From: Octopus vulgaris
Lineage: Eukaryota
Length of the DNA stretch: 64,000 nucleotides
Direction: 5' to 3'
Assembly: GCA_951406725.2 (NCBI GenBank)
Contig: OX597822.1
Span: 118,792,001 to 118,856,000, forward strand
Shown here piece after piece: positions 39,921 to 53,050 of this stretch; within the stretch, counting starts at the first letter, position 1, and the number at the start of each line of letters is the position of its first letter. The notes beneath the pieces are model-generated. The model was given only the letters and a program-made list of their open reading frames with translations, ran no database searches and had not been told where the DNA came from. The translations under genes were made by a program, and so were the position numbers.

Positions 39921-40745
39921 CTACAACTCCCAGTTCCTTGTCATTTCCTCAGAAGGGCTCAGCGTCTGAAGATGTTTTCTCATCACTTTGCCCCACATCT
40001 TCCTGGGTCTACACCTTCCACATGGCCTAGTGGTTAGAGCAGCGGACTCACGGTCAAGGGATCGTGGGTTCGAATCTCGGATCGGGTAATGTGTGTGTTT
40101 ATGAGCGAAACTCCTGAGCTCCACGCGGCTCCGGTAGAAGGTAATAGCGAACTTCTGCTGACTCTTTCTCTCACTCTTTCCTCCTGCATCTTGCAGCTCA
40201 CCTGCGACGGACCGGCGTCCCATCCATGTGGGGAACCTATACGCCAAGGAAACTGGGAAACCGGCCCTTATGAGCTAGGCATGGCTTGAGAAGGAACAAA
40301 AAACAAAAACCTCCCACAGGCTCCCTCCACAATTAGGGACTGACACTTCTTCAAGCAGCTGTCCTCACCCACATGCATCACATGGCCATACAAGTACAGT
40401 CCTTTCTCCTGCACAAAACATCCGATGCCTTTCACGCCCAGTTTTCCTCTTAAATCATTTACACTTGTCTGTGCACATTGACAACGACCCATCCAGTGGA
40501 GCCTGTTGGCTTAATTTCTTTCAAGCCTTCGCATATCCTCTATAGTCATAGCTCATGTTTTACTGCCATGTAGCATAGCTGTCTGTATACAGGAATCATA
40601 CAATCTGCTTTTCACTCTGAGGGAGAGGCCAATAGTCAACAACAAAGGTAGTAACTCACTGAACTTAGCCCAGCCTGTTCTTACTCGAGCAACGATGCTT
40701 TCAGAACTTCCTTCTCCACTTCTTACTTGGTCACCTAGTTAACAA
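39921..40745 (-). mobile_element. RTE LINE remnant interrupted by a family D SINE (about 40018-40308, +)
   Basis: YLGDQV..ESIVARVRTGWAKFSELLPLL..LYGHVMH..VEGACGR|..RPRKMW. The SINE is flanked by ACCT(T/C)CCACA repeats. Confidence 0.85.
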
Positions 40746-41625
40746 TATATCTAAAAGAAATCATGACGAAATATGATTTATAAAACAGAACTGAACCATA
40801 TGTCCCTTTGCATCCTAGAATAACCATTAAGGACCATAAAACACAAATCAAAAGGACGAACACAGCGAATATATTAGATAGGCGCTCAGAGTAAGTTTAA
40901 GATGGAAAAAAATACGTGTCTTATTATTTGCCAATGGAGCACCGGCAATCGATTTAATCGATGTAGCCCCGCCCCAACAATATTTTTCAACCCTTGTCCT
41001 TGTAATAGACAGTTATTATCATTATCATCATTATTATTTCGTTTATGGTTTGAAGGCGTGATGCAACACATGTTGGCTTTTGTAACTGTTTCACAAACAA
41101 GGATCGTCGGAGCTACGTTTTACTCCGGTACGTTTACTTCAATACTTGAGGTAGACAGAAATACTTTCCCTCAAAATTTGTTGCGTTTACAATAATTTTC
41201 AGCATTGCTCCCGTTACTACGAAAGTGTGTGGTTTAGTGGTCAGGGTGTTGCATTCTCTATCGTAGAATTTTGTTTTCGATTCCCGGTCCAGGCAGTACA
41301 TGGTGTCCTTGTGCAAAAGCACTTCATTTCACGCTGCTTCCGTCCACTCAGGTGTAAAAATGACTTCTAGCAATAGCTGGGAAGTTAATCCCGTGAGGGA
41401 CTGGCATCTTATCCCAGTGGGATGTATTGTAATATCAGTCATGGAAATTGGGCTAAGATCCGGCCTTAGGAGTCACGGAGCTTATGACAGACCAAAGTCT
41501 AAGTCTTCCTTTATTACTAGTGCAGTAAGAACTTGTAACAAGAAAGGGAGAGGCAAGAATACGCCCCTTTAAAAGACAACTGCTTAATATTCATAGGGCA
41601 CAAGAAACGAATTAAGGAAGCAGAT

Positions 41626-41664
<39 letters not shown>

Positions 41665-43056
41665 ACTCTTTTACTTGTTTCAGTCATTTGACTGCGGCCA
41701 TGCTGGAGCACCGCCTTTAGTCGAGCAAATCGACCCCAGGACTTATTCTTTGTAAGCCCAGTACTTATTCTATCGCTAAGTGACGGCGACGTAAACACAC
41801 CAGCATCGGTTGTCAAGCAATGCTAGGGGGACAAACACAGACACACAAACACAGACACACATACATATATATATGTATACATATATACGACGGGCTTCTT
41901 TCAGTTTCCGTCTACCAAATCCACTCACAAGGCTTTGGTCGGCCCGAGGCTATAGTAGAAGACACTTGCCCAAGATGCCGCGCAGTGAGACTGAATCCGG
42001 AACCATGTGGTTGGTAAGCAAGCTACTTACCACACAGCCATTCCTGCGCCTAAACAGAATTTTCTTAAAAAAAGAATTTTGAAAAAGATAAGCAGAAAGA
42101 AAAAAAATTTACCATGAAGTAAACTGTTATACTCGTAAATACAAATAGTCAATTTGATATTCGAAAACGTAAATGTCTTTCTCCTAAATCAAGCAGAAAG
42201 CAACAATAAACACGATGCATCTACGCACATACACTTGATGTCAAACGGAAGAAAATGCATAAAAAAAACAGAACGCAGTATTGGCTTCACCCACACTCTA
42301 CCACATAGTAGAACCGATTGGCCGAGAAGAAACCTGCTTTACAGATATTTGTAATTAAGAAGAGCGATTATCTTCTGGAGTTCTTTATTCAAGAACAAAG
42401 AAAACTTAAGGTTACATATCTACGCATCACAAAACAACGCTGCAGGTTTCTTTACGTTAACAACAATAACATCAACAACAACATCAACAATCCTTTCTAC
42501 TATTGGCACAAGGCTTGAAATTTTGGGGGAGGGGACTAATCAATTACATGGAAACCGAAAGGATGAAAGGGAAAGTCGACCTCAGCGGAATTTGGACTCA
42601 GAACGTAGCGACGGGAGAAATACCTATTTCTTTACTACCCACAAGGGGCTAAACAAAGATGGGGACAAAAAGGACAGACAGACGGATTAAGTCGATTATA
42701 TCGACCCCTGTGCGTAACTGGTACTTAATTTATCGACCCCGAAAGGATGAAAGGCAAAGTCAACCTCGGCGGAATTTGAACTCAGAACCTAACGGCAGAC
42801 GAAACACAGCTAAGCATTTCGCCCGGCGTGCAAACGTTTCTGCTAGCCCGCCACTTTAATAATAATAATCCTTTCTACTAAAGACACAAGGCCTGAAGTT
42901 TGGGGGAGGGGATTATCGATTACATCGACCCCAGTGTTCAAATGGTATTTATTTTATCGACCCCGAAAGGATGAAAGGCAAAGTCGACCTCAGCGGAATT
43001 TGAACTCAGAGCGTAGAGCATTTCGCCCGGCGTGCTAACGATTCTGCCAGCTAGCC

Positions 43057-43119
<63 letters not shown>

Positions 43120-43651
43120 GTAACAATAAAGACTCCAATAAGATGTATACTTAGCTGATGTGTAGGGGATATTTCTTCTCTCGAACAAGCTAAACGTTAC
43201 GAAATGGTGTACTTGTTTTATAAAATAGAACAAGGCAAAGAGATGACCGAGCAAATGTATAAAACAACCCGCCTATAAAAGAGTGTCGTAATACAAGGAG
43301 TGATACAATACGAAAGTCACAAAGATATTTGGCAATGATGCTAATTTCTGGTTTGTTGTCAAGAGAGAAAGAGGGAGGAGGGAGAGAGAGGAGGGAAGGG
43401 GAGAGAGGGTGGGGGAGGGGGAGAGAGAGAGCTGAGGTAACAGCAACAACTGCTGGTCCCAGAGGTTCTTGTTTCAATCGCACTTCAAGTCGTACCACCA
43501 CTTGCAGCTCCGAGAATAACCGAAAGACTTGCTTTGTCGTGAAATCCCCCAAATCGACACTCAAGACATGGACGATAAGAAAAGCAAATAATCTTGTAGT
43601 GATAATGAAGAAGATGTGGAAAGAGAATAGGATGGAAAGTGTTAGGGACCA

Positions 43652-43890
43652 GGCGGCGGCGGCGAGCTGGCAGAGTGGTTAGCGCGCCGGGCGAAATGCT
43701 TAGAGGTGTTTCGTCTGCCCATAAGTTCTGAGTTCAAATTCCGCCGAGGTCGACTTTTCCTTTCATCCTTTTGGGGTCGATAAATTAAGTACCAGTTACG
43801 CACTGGGGTCGATGCAATCGACTTAATCCGTTTGTCTGTCCTTGTTTGTCACCTCTGTGTTTATCCCCTTAGGGGTAATAAAGAAATAAG
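43652..43890 (+). mobile_element. SINE family B, full length with TSD
   Basis: A box TGGCAGAGTGGTTAGCG, B box GAGTTCAAATTC, Deu/Nin-like TTTCATCCTTTTGGGGTCGATAAATTAAGTACC. Flanked by GAAA(G/C)TGTTAGGGAC. Confidence 0.88.
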
Positions 43891-45120
43891 AAACTGTTAG
43901 GGACAGTAGAAAGCGCGACGGAGACCTGCCTATAAAGACAGAAGTCAACTCTAAAGAAAAGCAAATGAAACGCACAAGAAGGGATCTCATCCGATTGCCA
44001 AAGTTTTTTTCTTCTGGAACTGACAGACGGCTTCAAACAAGACATTGAGCTGACAAATTGCTAATTGGGGGGAGGTGGAAATAAAACTGGAAGATTAAGA
44101 TATTCATGATAACCACAGCAATGAAGAATCATAACTTGAAAATGATCCGCCCTGAAGATGTGGAATGCTAGTGTCACGTCCGACGCAAAAGTGCTTTGAA
44201 AACGTCTGCGAGTACAGAAAATCCCAATACGAGAATTGTCTGGTGGAGAGAGTTGCATGTGACCCTTACTCGACCCAGCTGGTCGTTTTTCACTCACATA
44301 TAATGTGTTATCTTATATGTTTTTATTTCCTCAAATTAATTATTTGAAAATAAACATCAAAGTTTTTATATCATCTGGGTTTTTACAGTATAATCTGTTG
44401 TAATATATTCGTTAATTTTGCGGCAAGCTGGCAGAATCGTTAACAAGCCGGAGAAAATGCTTAGCGGCATTTCATCCGTCTTTACGTTCCGAGTTCAAAT
44501 TCCGCCATGGTCGTCTTTGCCTTTCATCTTTTATGGGTCGATAAAATAAGTACATAAGGACGGACGAAATGCCGCTAAGCATTTCATCCGGCGAGCTAAC
44601 GATTCTGCCAGCTCGTTGCTTTTATGTGGGTATAAATAATCCTTTCTACTCAAGGCATAAGGCCTGAGATTTCGGGGGCGGGGATTAGTCGATTACATCG
44701 ACCCCTGTGTTTCACTGGTGCTTAATTGATCGACCCCGAAAGGATGGAAGGCAAAGTTGACCTCGGCAGAATCTGAACTCAGAACGTAAAGACGGACTGA
44801 ATGCCGCAAAACATTTTGCCCGGCTTCATAACGATTCTATCAGTTGGCAGAATCATTAGAATGCTGGGCAAAATGCTTAGCGGTATTTCGTCCGTCTTTA
44901 CGTTCTGAGTTCAAATTCTGCCGAGGTCAACTTTGCCTTTCATTCTTTCGGAGTCGATAGAATAAAGTACTGGCTGAGTACTGGGGTCGATATACTAGAA
45001 TTACCCTCTTGCTCGAAATGTTTTGAAATCAATATTTCTGTAAAATACCATAGATGTGAAAGAAATTATAATGCAGAATGATAACAAATTGTAAAACTTG
45101 CCGATATCAAAGATCCCAAT

Positions 45121-45193
<73 letters not shown>

Positions 45194-45563
45194 GATCTAT
45201 TGAATCGACTACACACTTTACGTTGCATATCTGTGGCCATCTGCGAATGTAAACTTTCTATTGTCTATAAACTTTCCTTATACTGGCTTGATACATGTGC
45301 ACGTATACGTACCCACACACGTATGTGTGTATGTGTGTACATATGTGCATGTGAATGCGTATGTGTGTACATATGTGTATGCATATATACATGTACGTAT
45401 ATATGTGTACAGATGTATATGTGTGTATATATATATATACATACACGCACATGCATAATGTGATTATTTTTATATGCATATATATGTGAGAATATGCGTG
45501 TATGTGAATGTTGTATATAGGTAATTATGTGTATGTGTGTGTTTATACATATATATGTATTTA

Positions 45564-45621
<58 letters not shown>

Positions 45622-45688
45622 CGCACAAACATACATACATATATACATACATATACATATATATACATAAACACATACATATACACAC

Positions 45689-45758
<70 letters not shown>

Positions 45759-46391
45759 ATACACACATACATACATACATACATACATACATACACACAT
45801 ACATACATACATACATTCATGCATACATACATACACACATACATACATACATACATACATACATACATACATACATACATTCATGCATACATACATACAT
45901 ACATACACACATACATACATACATTCATGCATATACACATATATGTATATACCAAATTACAAATGGTGCCTTTATGGACGGAATCCAAAGAGTGTTGGCG
46001 TGGGAGGGTTTTCCATTTGTAAACCTGGCGAGTTGTCAGTGCGACCGAGAAACGTGGTAGAGTACGAGAAATGCTATCAATAGCCGCTGCCTGCATCGAG
46101 ATGCCGATTCTGCCGATTCTGCCGATTCTGCCGATTCTGCCGCCGACAGGACTTCTTAGTAAACAACACAAAGCAAAACAAAAACACATCAATTCTAAAG
46201 TAAACATACATAACATACACACGTACGCAGGCACACACACACAACACACATGTACACGTACACACACACACATTATTCAGAGAGAGAGAGAGAGAGAGAG
46301 AGTGAGTGAGAGATATTGTGAGTCTATATATAGATACATGTGCGCGCGTGTATTTATATATATGTATACATACATATATACATACACACAC

Positions 46392-46422
<31 letters not shown>

Positions 46423-46578
46423 TACATACATACATACATACATACATACATACATACATACATACACACACACATACATACACACACACATACATACATA
46501 CATACATACATACACACACACATACATACACACACACATACATACATACATACATACATACATACATACATACATACA

Positions 46579-46609
<31 letters not shown>

Positions 46610-46680
46610 GTGACCGCATGTGTACCGTTGGCGATTTTTTTCCTCCGTCTTCCCTTCCTTGGACTTTCCCTTTTTTATAT

Positions 46681-46715
46681 GTTTCTGACGAAGAGCTCCG
46701 CTCGAAACGTTAAAT
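46681..46715 (+). ncRNA. Minimal type I hammerhead ribozyme motif (GUU triplet)
   Basis: gttt CTGACGA a GAGC tcc GCTC GAAA cg TT aaat. Stem III is only the palindrome ACGT, as in minimal PLE hammerheads. Confidence 0.6.
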
Positions 46716-46857
46716 CCTCCTTCTTTCTTTCTTTTCCTAAGCGTCCAGTAACACTATACTTGTTCCACGTCCTCGCGTTGTTGTGTTTTCTCTTTGTTCA
46801 TGTTTGCATTAACTATATATACATACATATATATACATACATACATACATACATACA

Positions 46858-46941
<84 letters not shown>

Positions 46942-46994
46942 CATATATATACATACATAATATATACATATATATACATACATACATTAGCATA

Positions 46995-47333
46995 AAAGGT
47001 AAAGACCCCCTTCGGTCATGAATGACCATAAAATTGCACCTTGAAAGTTCCTCTCCTTGGTATAATTCCGGGCAAGGTTATTTAAGGAAGACCAGTAGTC
47101 GCCCATGCATACCCGCCTCCCCTCTCCATGCCACCAATATTATCCAAAACAAAGGCAAAGGGGCCGATGCAGCTTGGCATCAGTGACCTCGCAACTCATT
47201 TCTATAGCTGAGCTGGAGGAACGTGAAATAAAGTGTCTTGTTCAAGAACACAATATACAGCCCGGTTCGGGAATCGAACTTACTACCTCATGATTATGAG
47301 CCCGATGCTCTAACCACTGAGCCATACACCTTC
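46995..47333 (-). mobile_element. tRNA-derived SINE family E
   Basis: Minus strand head TGGCTCAGTGGTTAGAGCATCGGGCTC...AGTTCGATTCCCG and a CTTTAC-type tail. Confidence 0.7.
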
Positions 47334-47338
47334 ATATA

Positions 47339-47903
47339 TTGGGTTGTCCGGAAAGTTCGTGCCGATTTTTAAAGGAAAGAAAAGGTCAATAAATACTTGG
47401 CATTACATTTTTAATCAACCAAATATGAACCATTTTGTTGCACAATGTGTCTCCATCTTTCCTTTACCTTGAAAATACCCACTTCCCAGAATTGAGGTGG
47501 TTTCATGGCAAAGAATTCACCAAGGTATCTTTTTACGTCAGCCAAGGAATTGTTATTTTTACCATTAATACTTTTCTGCAGAGACCTGAATTAATGGAAA
47601 TCCGAAGGAGCAATATCTGGTGAATATGGAGGGTCAGGTAACACATCCAAGCCGAGCTGCAGCAATTTTTGTCTGGTTCCCAAAGCATCAAGTGTTTAAA
47701 ATGAACTTTCTTATCTTCCATTTTAAAGGGTTACAGAATTAACACAGGTTCTAGGAACATAAACCTTCTTCCACGAAAAGATAGCTTAAAATGTGCTCTA
47801 AATAGAGGTGTAGTCAAATCCTATTTTATGGCCTCAACCATGTTCTAAAATAAGTCGAAAGGTAAGCTACTATAAATCGGCACGAACTTTCCGGAGAACC
47901 CAA
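47339..47903 (-). mobile_element. Internally deleted mariner element with both TIRs
   Basis: TA TSD, about 30-bp TIRs TTGGGTT(G/C)TCCGGAAAGTTCGTGCCGATTT. Transposase N-terminus MEDKKVHFKHLMLWE is joined to the C-terminal PPYSPDIAPSDFH segment. Confidence 0.92.
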
Positions 47904-48620
47904 TACATATGCCTATATGCATATTTACACACACAAACACGCGCGCGTGCACGCATAACAAGCACACACATAACTACATGCATACACACACATCCCGAAT
48001 ATGAATTTAAACTGCATCCGGTAGTGGTGCCCTGATTCAGGAATTCCAGGATTTTGAGAAGTATGGAACAACTTCTTAACCCCTATTGCTCTCAGGTCTA
48101 CCCTGACCTGGAGTAGTAGGTCCCGTTGAGGACCATTGGACGTGAAGGGCCCCTAATTCTCGTTAGGACAAGGCAAGCTCGTACAAAAATTCGTACGAAA
48201 AAAAAACAAAAAAAAAAAAACAAATCCCTCCTGATGTGCAGTTAGTTTCTGGTCCTTTCAACCCCTGTTGTGGCAATGGTGCCATAGTTGATTGCGCTGA
48301 AAAGTGGTTCCAGTGCTGTGCAATACTTTTTCCACTCAAAACAAATCCACGCACAGGAACTTCTTGAACTCTCGGAGCGTTTTGCACGGGCTTACTGTGT
48401 TAAAGAAGCGATCTCACTCGGTCATGAATTGACTTCCACCATATACATGTACATATGCAAGGGCAGGCATGACTGTGTGGTAAGAAACTCGCTTCCCAGC
48501 CATATGGTTCCGGGTTCAATCTTACTGCGTGGTACTTTTGGACGAGTGTCTTCTTCTATAGCTTTGAGCCGACCAAAATCTTGTGAGTGGATTTGGTAAA
48601 TGGAAACTTAAAGAAGCCTG

Positions 48621-48658
<38 letters not shown>

Positions 48659-48984
48659 GCGTGTGTGTGTGTGTGGGGTGGTGGTGCGTGCGTGCGTGCG
48701 TATTTGTGTTTGTCCCACACCGGTGTTGGTGTGTTTACATCCCCGTAACTTAGCGGTTCTGCGAAATAGTTCTGATGGAATAAGTACTAGGCTTAAAGGA
48801 ATATAGAAAAAAGATAAGTTCTGGCGTCGATTCATTCAACTAAAAAGTCTTCAAGGTGTTGCCCCAGCTCGGCCTCAGTCTGATGACTGGATCAAATAAA
48901 AAATAGAATATGGAAGATTGTATATATATATAAGAAAATTAGACAGATCAATGTATAAAGTATATTAAATACATGACATACAAA

Positions 48985-49037
<53 letters not shown>

Positions 49038-49038
<1 letters not shown>

Positions 49039-49195
49039 TTTATTTTAAGCAGCAGAAAATTCAACAAAATCTGTTACTCTGAGTTTCTCGTTGCCGTTCA
49101 TCAGACAGTTTTTGCTAGCAAAAACTGTCTGATGAACGGCAACGAGAAACTCAGAGTAACAGATTTTGTTGAATTTTCTGCTGCTTAAAATAAAG
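49038..49195. repeat. Perfect 158-bp palindrome (79-bp arms, no spacer)
   Basis: Axis within GCTAGC (49114-49119). The arms are exact reverse complements by eye. Confidence 0.95.
49121..49167 (+). ncRNA. Type I hammerhead ribozyme motif (GUA triplet), with a mirror copy on the minus strand at 49066-49112
   Basis: aaaaCTGT CTGATGA a CG gcaa CG a GAAA CTC a GAG TA ACAGatttt. Intact core, GNRA-capped stem II, 1-nt loop III. Confidence 0.72.
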
Positions 49196-49264
49196 CATAT
49201 TACTCTACCACTGGTATTTGAGTACTCTTTTTTCCACCTTGTTTCACATTTATGTGTTTACTCC

Positions 49265-49317
<53 letters not shown>

Positions 49318-49325
<8 letters not shown>

Positions 49326-49462
49326 GAAAGAATGGAGTTGAACGACGATTTAACAAAATTCCTTTATTTTCGACATATGTTTTGAAGGCAGCCTTCGAAA
49401 CATATGTCGAAAATAAAGGAGTTTTGTTAATTCGTCGTTCAACTCCATTCTTTCATTTATTT
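49318..49462. repeat. Near-perfect palindrome of a Penelope pLTR fragment (3' half of a hammerhead)
   Basis: About 72-bp arms around 49390. Contains GAAACATATGTC. The flanking sequence resembles the pLTR at 20840-21050. Confidence 0.88.
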
Positions 49463-49622
49463 GTATTTAAAAAAACAAACAAATTTCCACACGATAGCAC
49501 GTGATCTCTGCCCTAGGCATGTAGCTTCAACCGTGTTTCTCTGACGTGAATTTGCTACCCAGGTATCGGTTAACCGAATTATCCATAATAAGATAATTCA
49601 TTCAACTACTCAATTATTCATA

Positions 49623-49658
<36 letters not shown>

Positions 49659-49700
49659 TGTATGTATGTATGTATGTATGTATGTATGTGTATATATATA

Positions 49701-49873
49701 AAAAAAAGGCCAACTTACACGGTATAAATGATATAGAAACGGGTGATATAAACGGGTGGAAGAAAGGTAATGGATGGCTGGGCCCCCATAAACTGCTGTT
49801 GGATTTGCAATACCTTTCTTCCACCCCTTTAATTTTCTGTATCATTTATACCGTGTAAGTTGGACCTTTTTTT
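49701..49873. repeat. Imperfect inverted repeat
   Basis: GGCCAACTTACACGGTATAAATGATATAGAAA..GGGTGGAAGAAAGGTA pairs with TACCTTTCTTCCACCC..TTTCTGTATCATTTATACCGTGTAAGTTGGACC. Confidence 0.85.
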
Positions 49874-50044
49874 TATATGTATTCATATATACAGATTGTA
49901 CTCTGTATCATTTCGATACTTTATATATTGATGATCTGTCTAATTCGCTTATCCTCATATTTGCTTCCAGTTTGAATCTCTCAAGTTTGAATCTCTTGAA
50001 TAGAATCTAAGTGCATTCTATACAGAGAATATCTGGATCATATG

Positions 50045-50725
50045 TATTGAGTTGGTAAAGATGTTCATAGCGTTTTTTAAGTGAAATTAAAGATAGCTGG
50101 ATATACCGTTTCTCATTTTGTTCCTCTATCTTTCGCCATATTTGAGACAGCTTCATGATCCCGTCCTCCGAGAATTTGGCATCTTTCTGGATCATGGACT
50201 GGTGTAAGTAGTTTTTACATTCTTTTAAAGAATCGAAGTTTTTCCCATTAAGAGAATTTTGCAGGGGTCGGATTAAATGATAATCCGAAGGTGCAAGCTT
50301 AGGTGAGTACGGTGATTGGGGTAGGACATCCCACCCAAGATGCACCAATTTTTGCCTGGTCTTCAAAGAATCGTGCAGTCTAGTGTTGTCCTGATGAAAG
50401 ACAACATCCTTTTGGTTGGCCAATTTTGGACGTTTTTCATCAATTGTCTCCTTTAATTAGTCTAATTGGGAACGATAATAGTCTGAATTTAACGTCTGAC
50501 TTCGTGGAAGTAGCTCATAATACACAATGCTCTTCTAATCCTACCACATACAGACAGCATCACTTTCGGATACAGACCAGCTTTTGCAGAGTTTGAAGAC
50601 GGTTCATCTTGTTTTCCTCAGGACCTTTTTCGTTTTATGTTGTTGTAAATAATCCATTTCTCATCACACGTGATCATTCTTTTCAAAAATGGATAATTTT
50701 TGTTTCATCTCAGCGAAAACTCATC
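50045..50725 (-). mobile_element. Mariner transposase pseudogene (3' half plus one TIR)
   Basis: PFLKRMITRDEKWIIYNN..; VFHQDNTRLH..LGWDVLPQSPYSPKLAPSDYHL (DD34D region). Confidence 0.9.
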
Positions 50726-52250
50726 TGTCTACAGGTGACTATTATCCTGCTTGAAAACAAGTGTGGGCTAGTGGCCGGAAGAGCATCCGGTCGTAGAAAA
50801 TCTGCATCAATATACTCTGTGCGGCCCATGTAAGCCAGGAAAAGACGACTATATTAATATATCCACTGTAAGAGCTCCATTATTGATATGTCTTAAGGCG
50901 GCGTGCTGGCAAAAGGCTTGGCGGAATTTTGTCCGTCTTCTTGTTCCGAGTTCAAATTCCGCCGTGGTCGGCTTCGCCTTTCATTTTTTCGGGGTCGAGG
51001 AAATAAGTACCTGTTAAGCTCTGGGGTCGATTTGATAGACTTACTCCTTCCCGAAATTGCTGGCCATGTGCCAAAATTTATGACCATTATTAATATCTCC
51101 TTAAATTCCAAATTATTATTACTTCAACGCATTATGTGTAATAGAAATGTGTGTTTGTGTATGTATATATAAAAGTATTTGTGTGTGTCTTCATCTAGGT
51201 GTATATATATGAATTTAGTTGACGGAAACTGTGTGGAAGCCCGACGGATATTTCGCATGGATCAGCATAAGAGAACGATAGAACAAGTTCAAGACTTTTT
51301 AAAAAATGTACTAAAAATGTAAGTAAACCCTTCAACCCGGTGATAAAACACAGACATAAAAACACACATTCAAGCATACACATACATATATTGGATGGGC
51401 TTCGACACGGTTTCCTCACAGATTTACCCACATGGCACTGGTCGGCCCAGAGCTATAGTAAAAGACACTTGCCCAAGGTGTAGCGCAGTAGGACTGAACC
51501 TAAAATCCCGTGGCTACAAAACGAGCTTCTTACCCACGCGGCGGCATTGCCAGCTCCCGAGAAAAGAAATGGAAGATCAAGGCTGAAATATCTGAGTCGG
51601 TTTAACACTGGCTGACCTAGGGTTAAACAACACGAGTCGTTTCTCCACTCTCAGTCACCGATCTCAGAACACCTGTTAAGATTAAGGGCGCTTCTTTCCT
51701 CCTTCGAATAAATGATAAAGAAAAGAAAAAGAAAGAGGATACTCTTTACTCAAATTGCTTCTAATATAAGCAAAAACCCTGAAATTTGGGGGAGGGAGTT
51801 AGTCGATACCATCGGCCCCAGTACTTGACTGGTACGTTATTTTGTCGACTGTGGAGGGATGAAACACAATTTTCTTTAGTGAGATTTAACTGTTTAGCAT
51901 TTAAGCCGGCCAATATGGCCCAAATATTGTACCTGTTATGTGTTCAAAACTGTCAGATTTGACCTCTTACACATACTCTACAATGTCATTCTAGAAATAA
52001 GCAATCACATTCATCAAAATTTTGAAGCTATGAGATAAAGCACAATTAAGTATGAGAATAAATAAGCATTGCATTTGGCGAAGTAATCTGAAGGCTTAAG
52101 GGAGCGATTACCGAAATAATTATCGCAATTTGAGGATCAGAAAGCAAAGCAGGAATTGTTTCAAACGCAGGGCTTTGTCTTAAAAACACACCAGCATTAG
52201 TTGTATGGAAGCGTAGAAATATAGTGGAGAGTGGGGATATAATATAGGGT

Positions 52251-52627
52251 GGCGCAATGGCCCAGTGGTTAGGGCAGCGGACTCGCGGTCGTAGGATCGC
52301 GGTTTCGATTCCCAGACCGGGCGTTGTGAGTGTTTATTGAGCGAAAACACCTAAAACTCCACGAGGCTCCGGCAGGGATGGTGGTGATCCCTGCTGTACT
52401 CTTTCACCACAACTTTCTCTCACTCTTACTTCCTGTTTCTATTGTACCTGTATTTCAAAGGGCCGGCCTTGTCACTCTCTGTGTCACGCTGAATATCCCC
52501 GAGAACTACGTTAAGGGTACACGTGTCTGTGGAGTGCTCAGCCACTTACACGTTAATTTCACGAGCAGGCTGTTCCGTTGATCGGATCAACCGGAACCCT
52601 CGTCGTCGTAACCGACGGAGTGCTTCC
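52251..52627 (+). mobile_element. SINE family C (tRNA-Arg-like head; resembles the octopus OR-type SINEs), full length with TSD
   Basis: A box TGGCCCAGTGGTTAGG, B box GTTTCGATTCCC. TSD AATATAGGGT at 52241-52250 and 52628-52637. Confidence 0.92.
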
Positions 52628-52998
52628 AATATAGGGTGCGGCAAAAAACACCTTCGTTTTACAGGTTGATAAATATTTCAACAGAATAAGCATAGCCTGT
52701 CACCTGTTGAAACCATGCTGGTAGCTAAAACAAAAATGATAAAGCATTAAGCTACATGAAAACGCCATTATCATCTGCTTAACTAGCGCCGCAACAATGG
52801 CCATGTGACATATGGCAGGTTTTCCTGTCACACCCTAAATATACATAATAAATTATTATTGAACGTTGTGTTGCGTAAAGGGTGCCTGTATAAAGCCAAC
52901 ATTCTGAAGTCGCTGGGCGTTAGCAACAATTACATGATTAAGATATAAGCTACCCATGATAATTAATCATAATGTTATTCTGGTTAAATTTGACAGAC

Positions 52999-53050
<52 letters not shown>

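Noticed and set aside
43270-43560. TATAAAA and a GA-rich tract suggesting an antisense promoter, with overlapping 117/124-aa ORFs
   Set aside because: The ORFs are low-complexity and run into a SINE, and a TATA motif alone is uninformative in AT-rich DNA.
52251-52325. tRNA-like sequence (also at 34535-34606, 40018-40090 and 47262-47333)
   Set aside because: These are SINE heads: the cloverleaf is imperfect and they run on into SINE bodies, most with TSDs.
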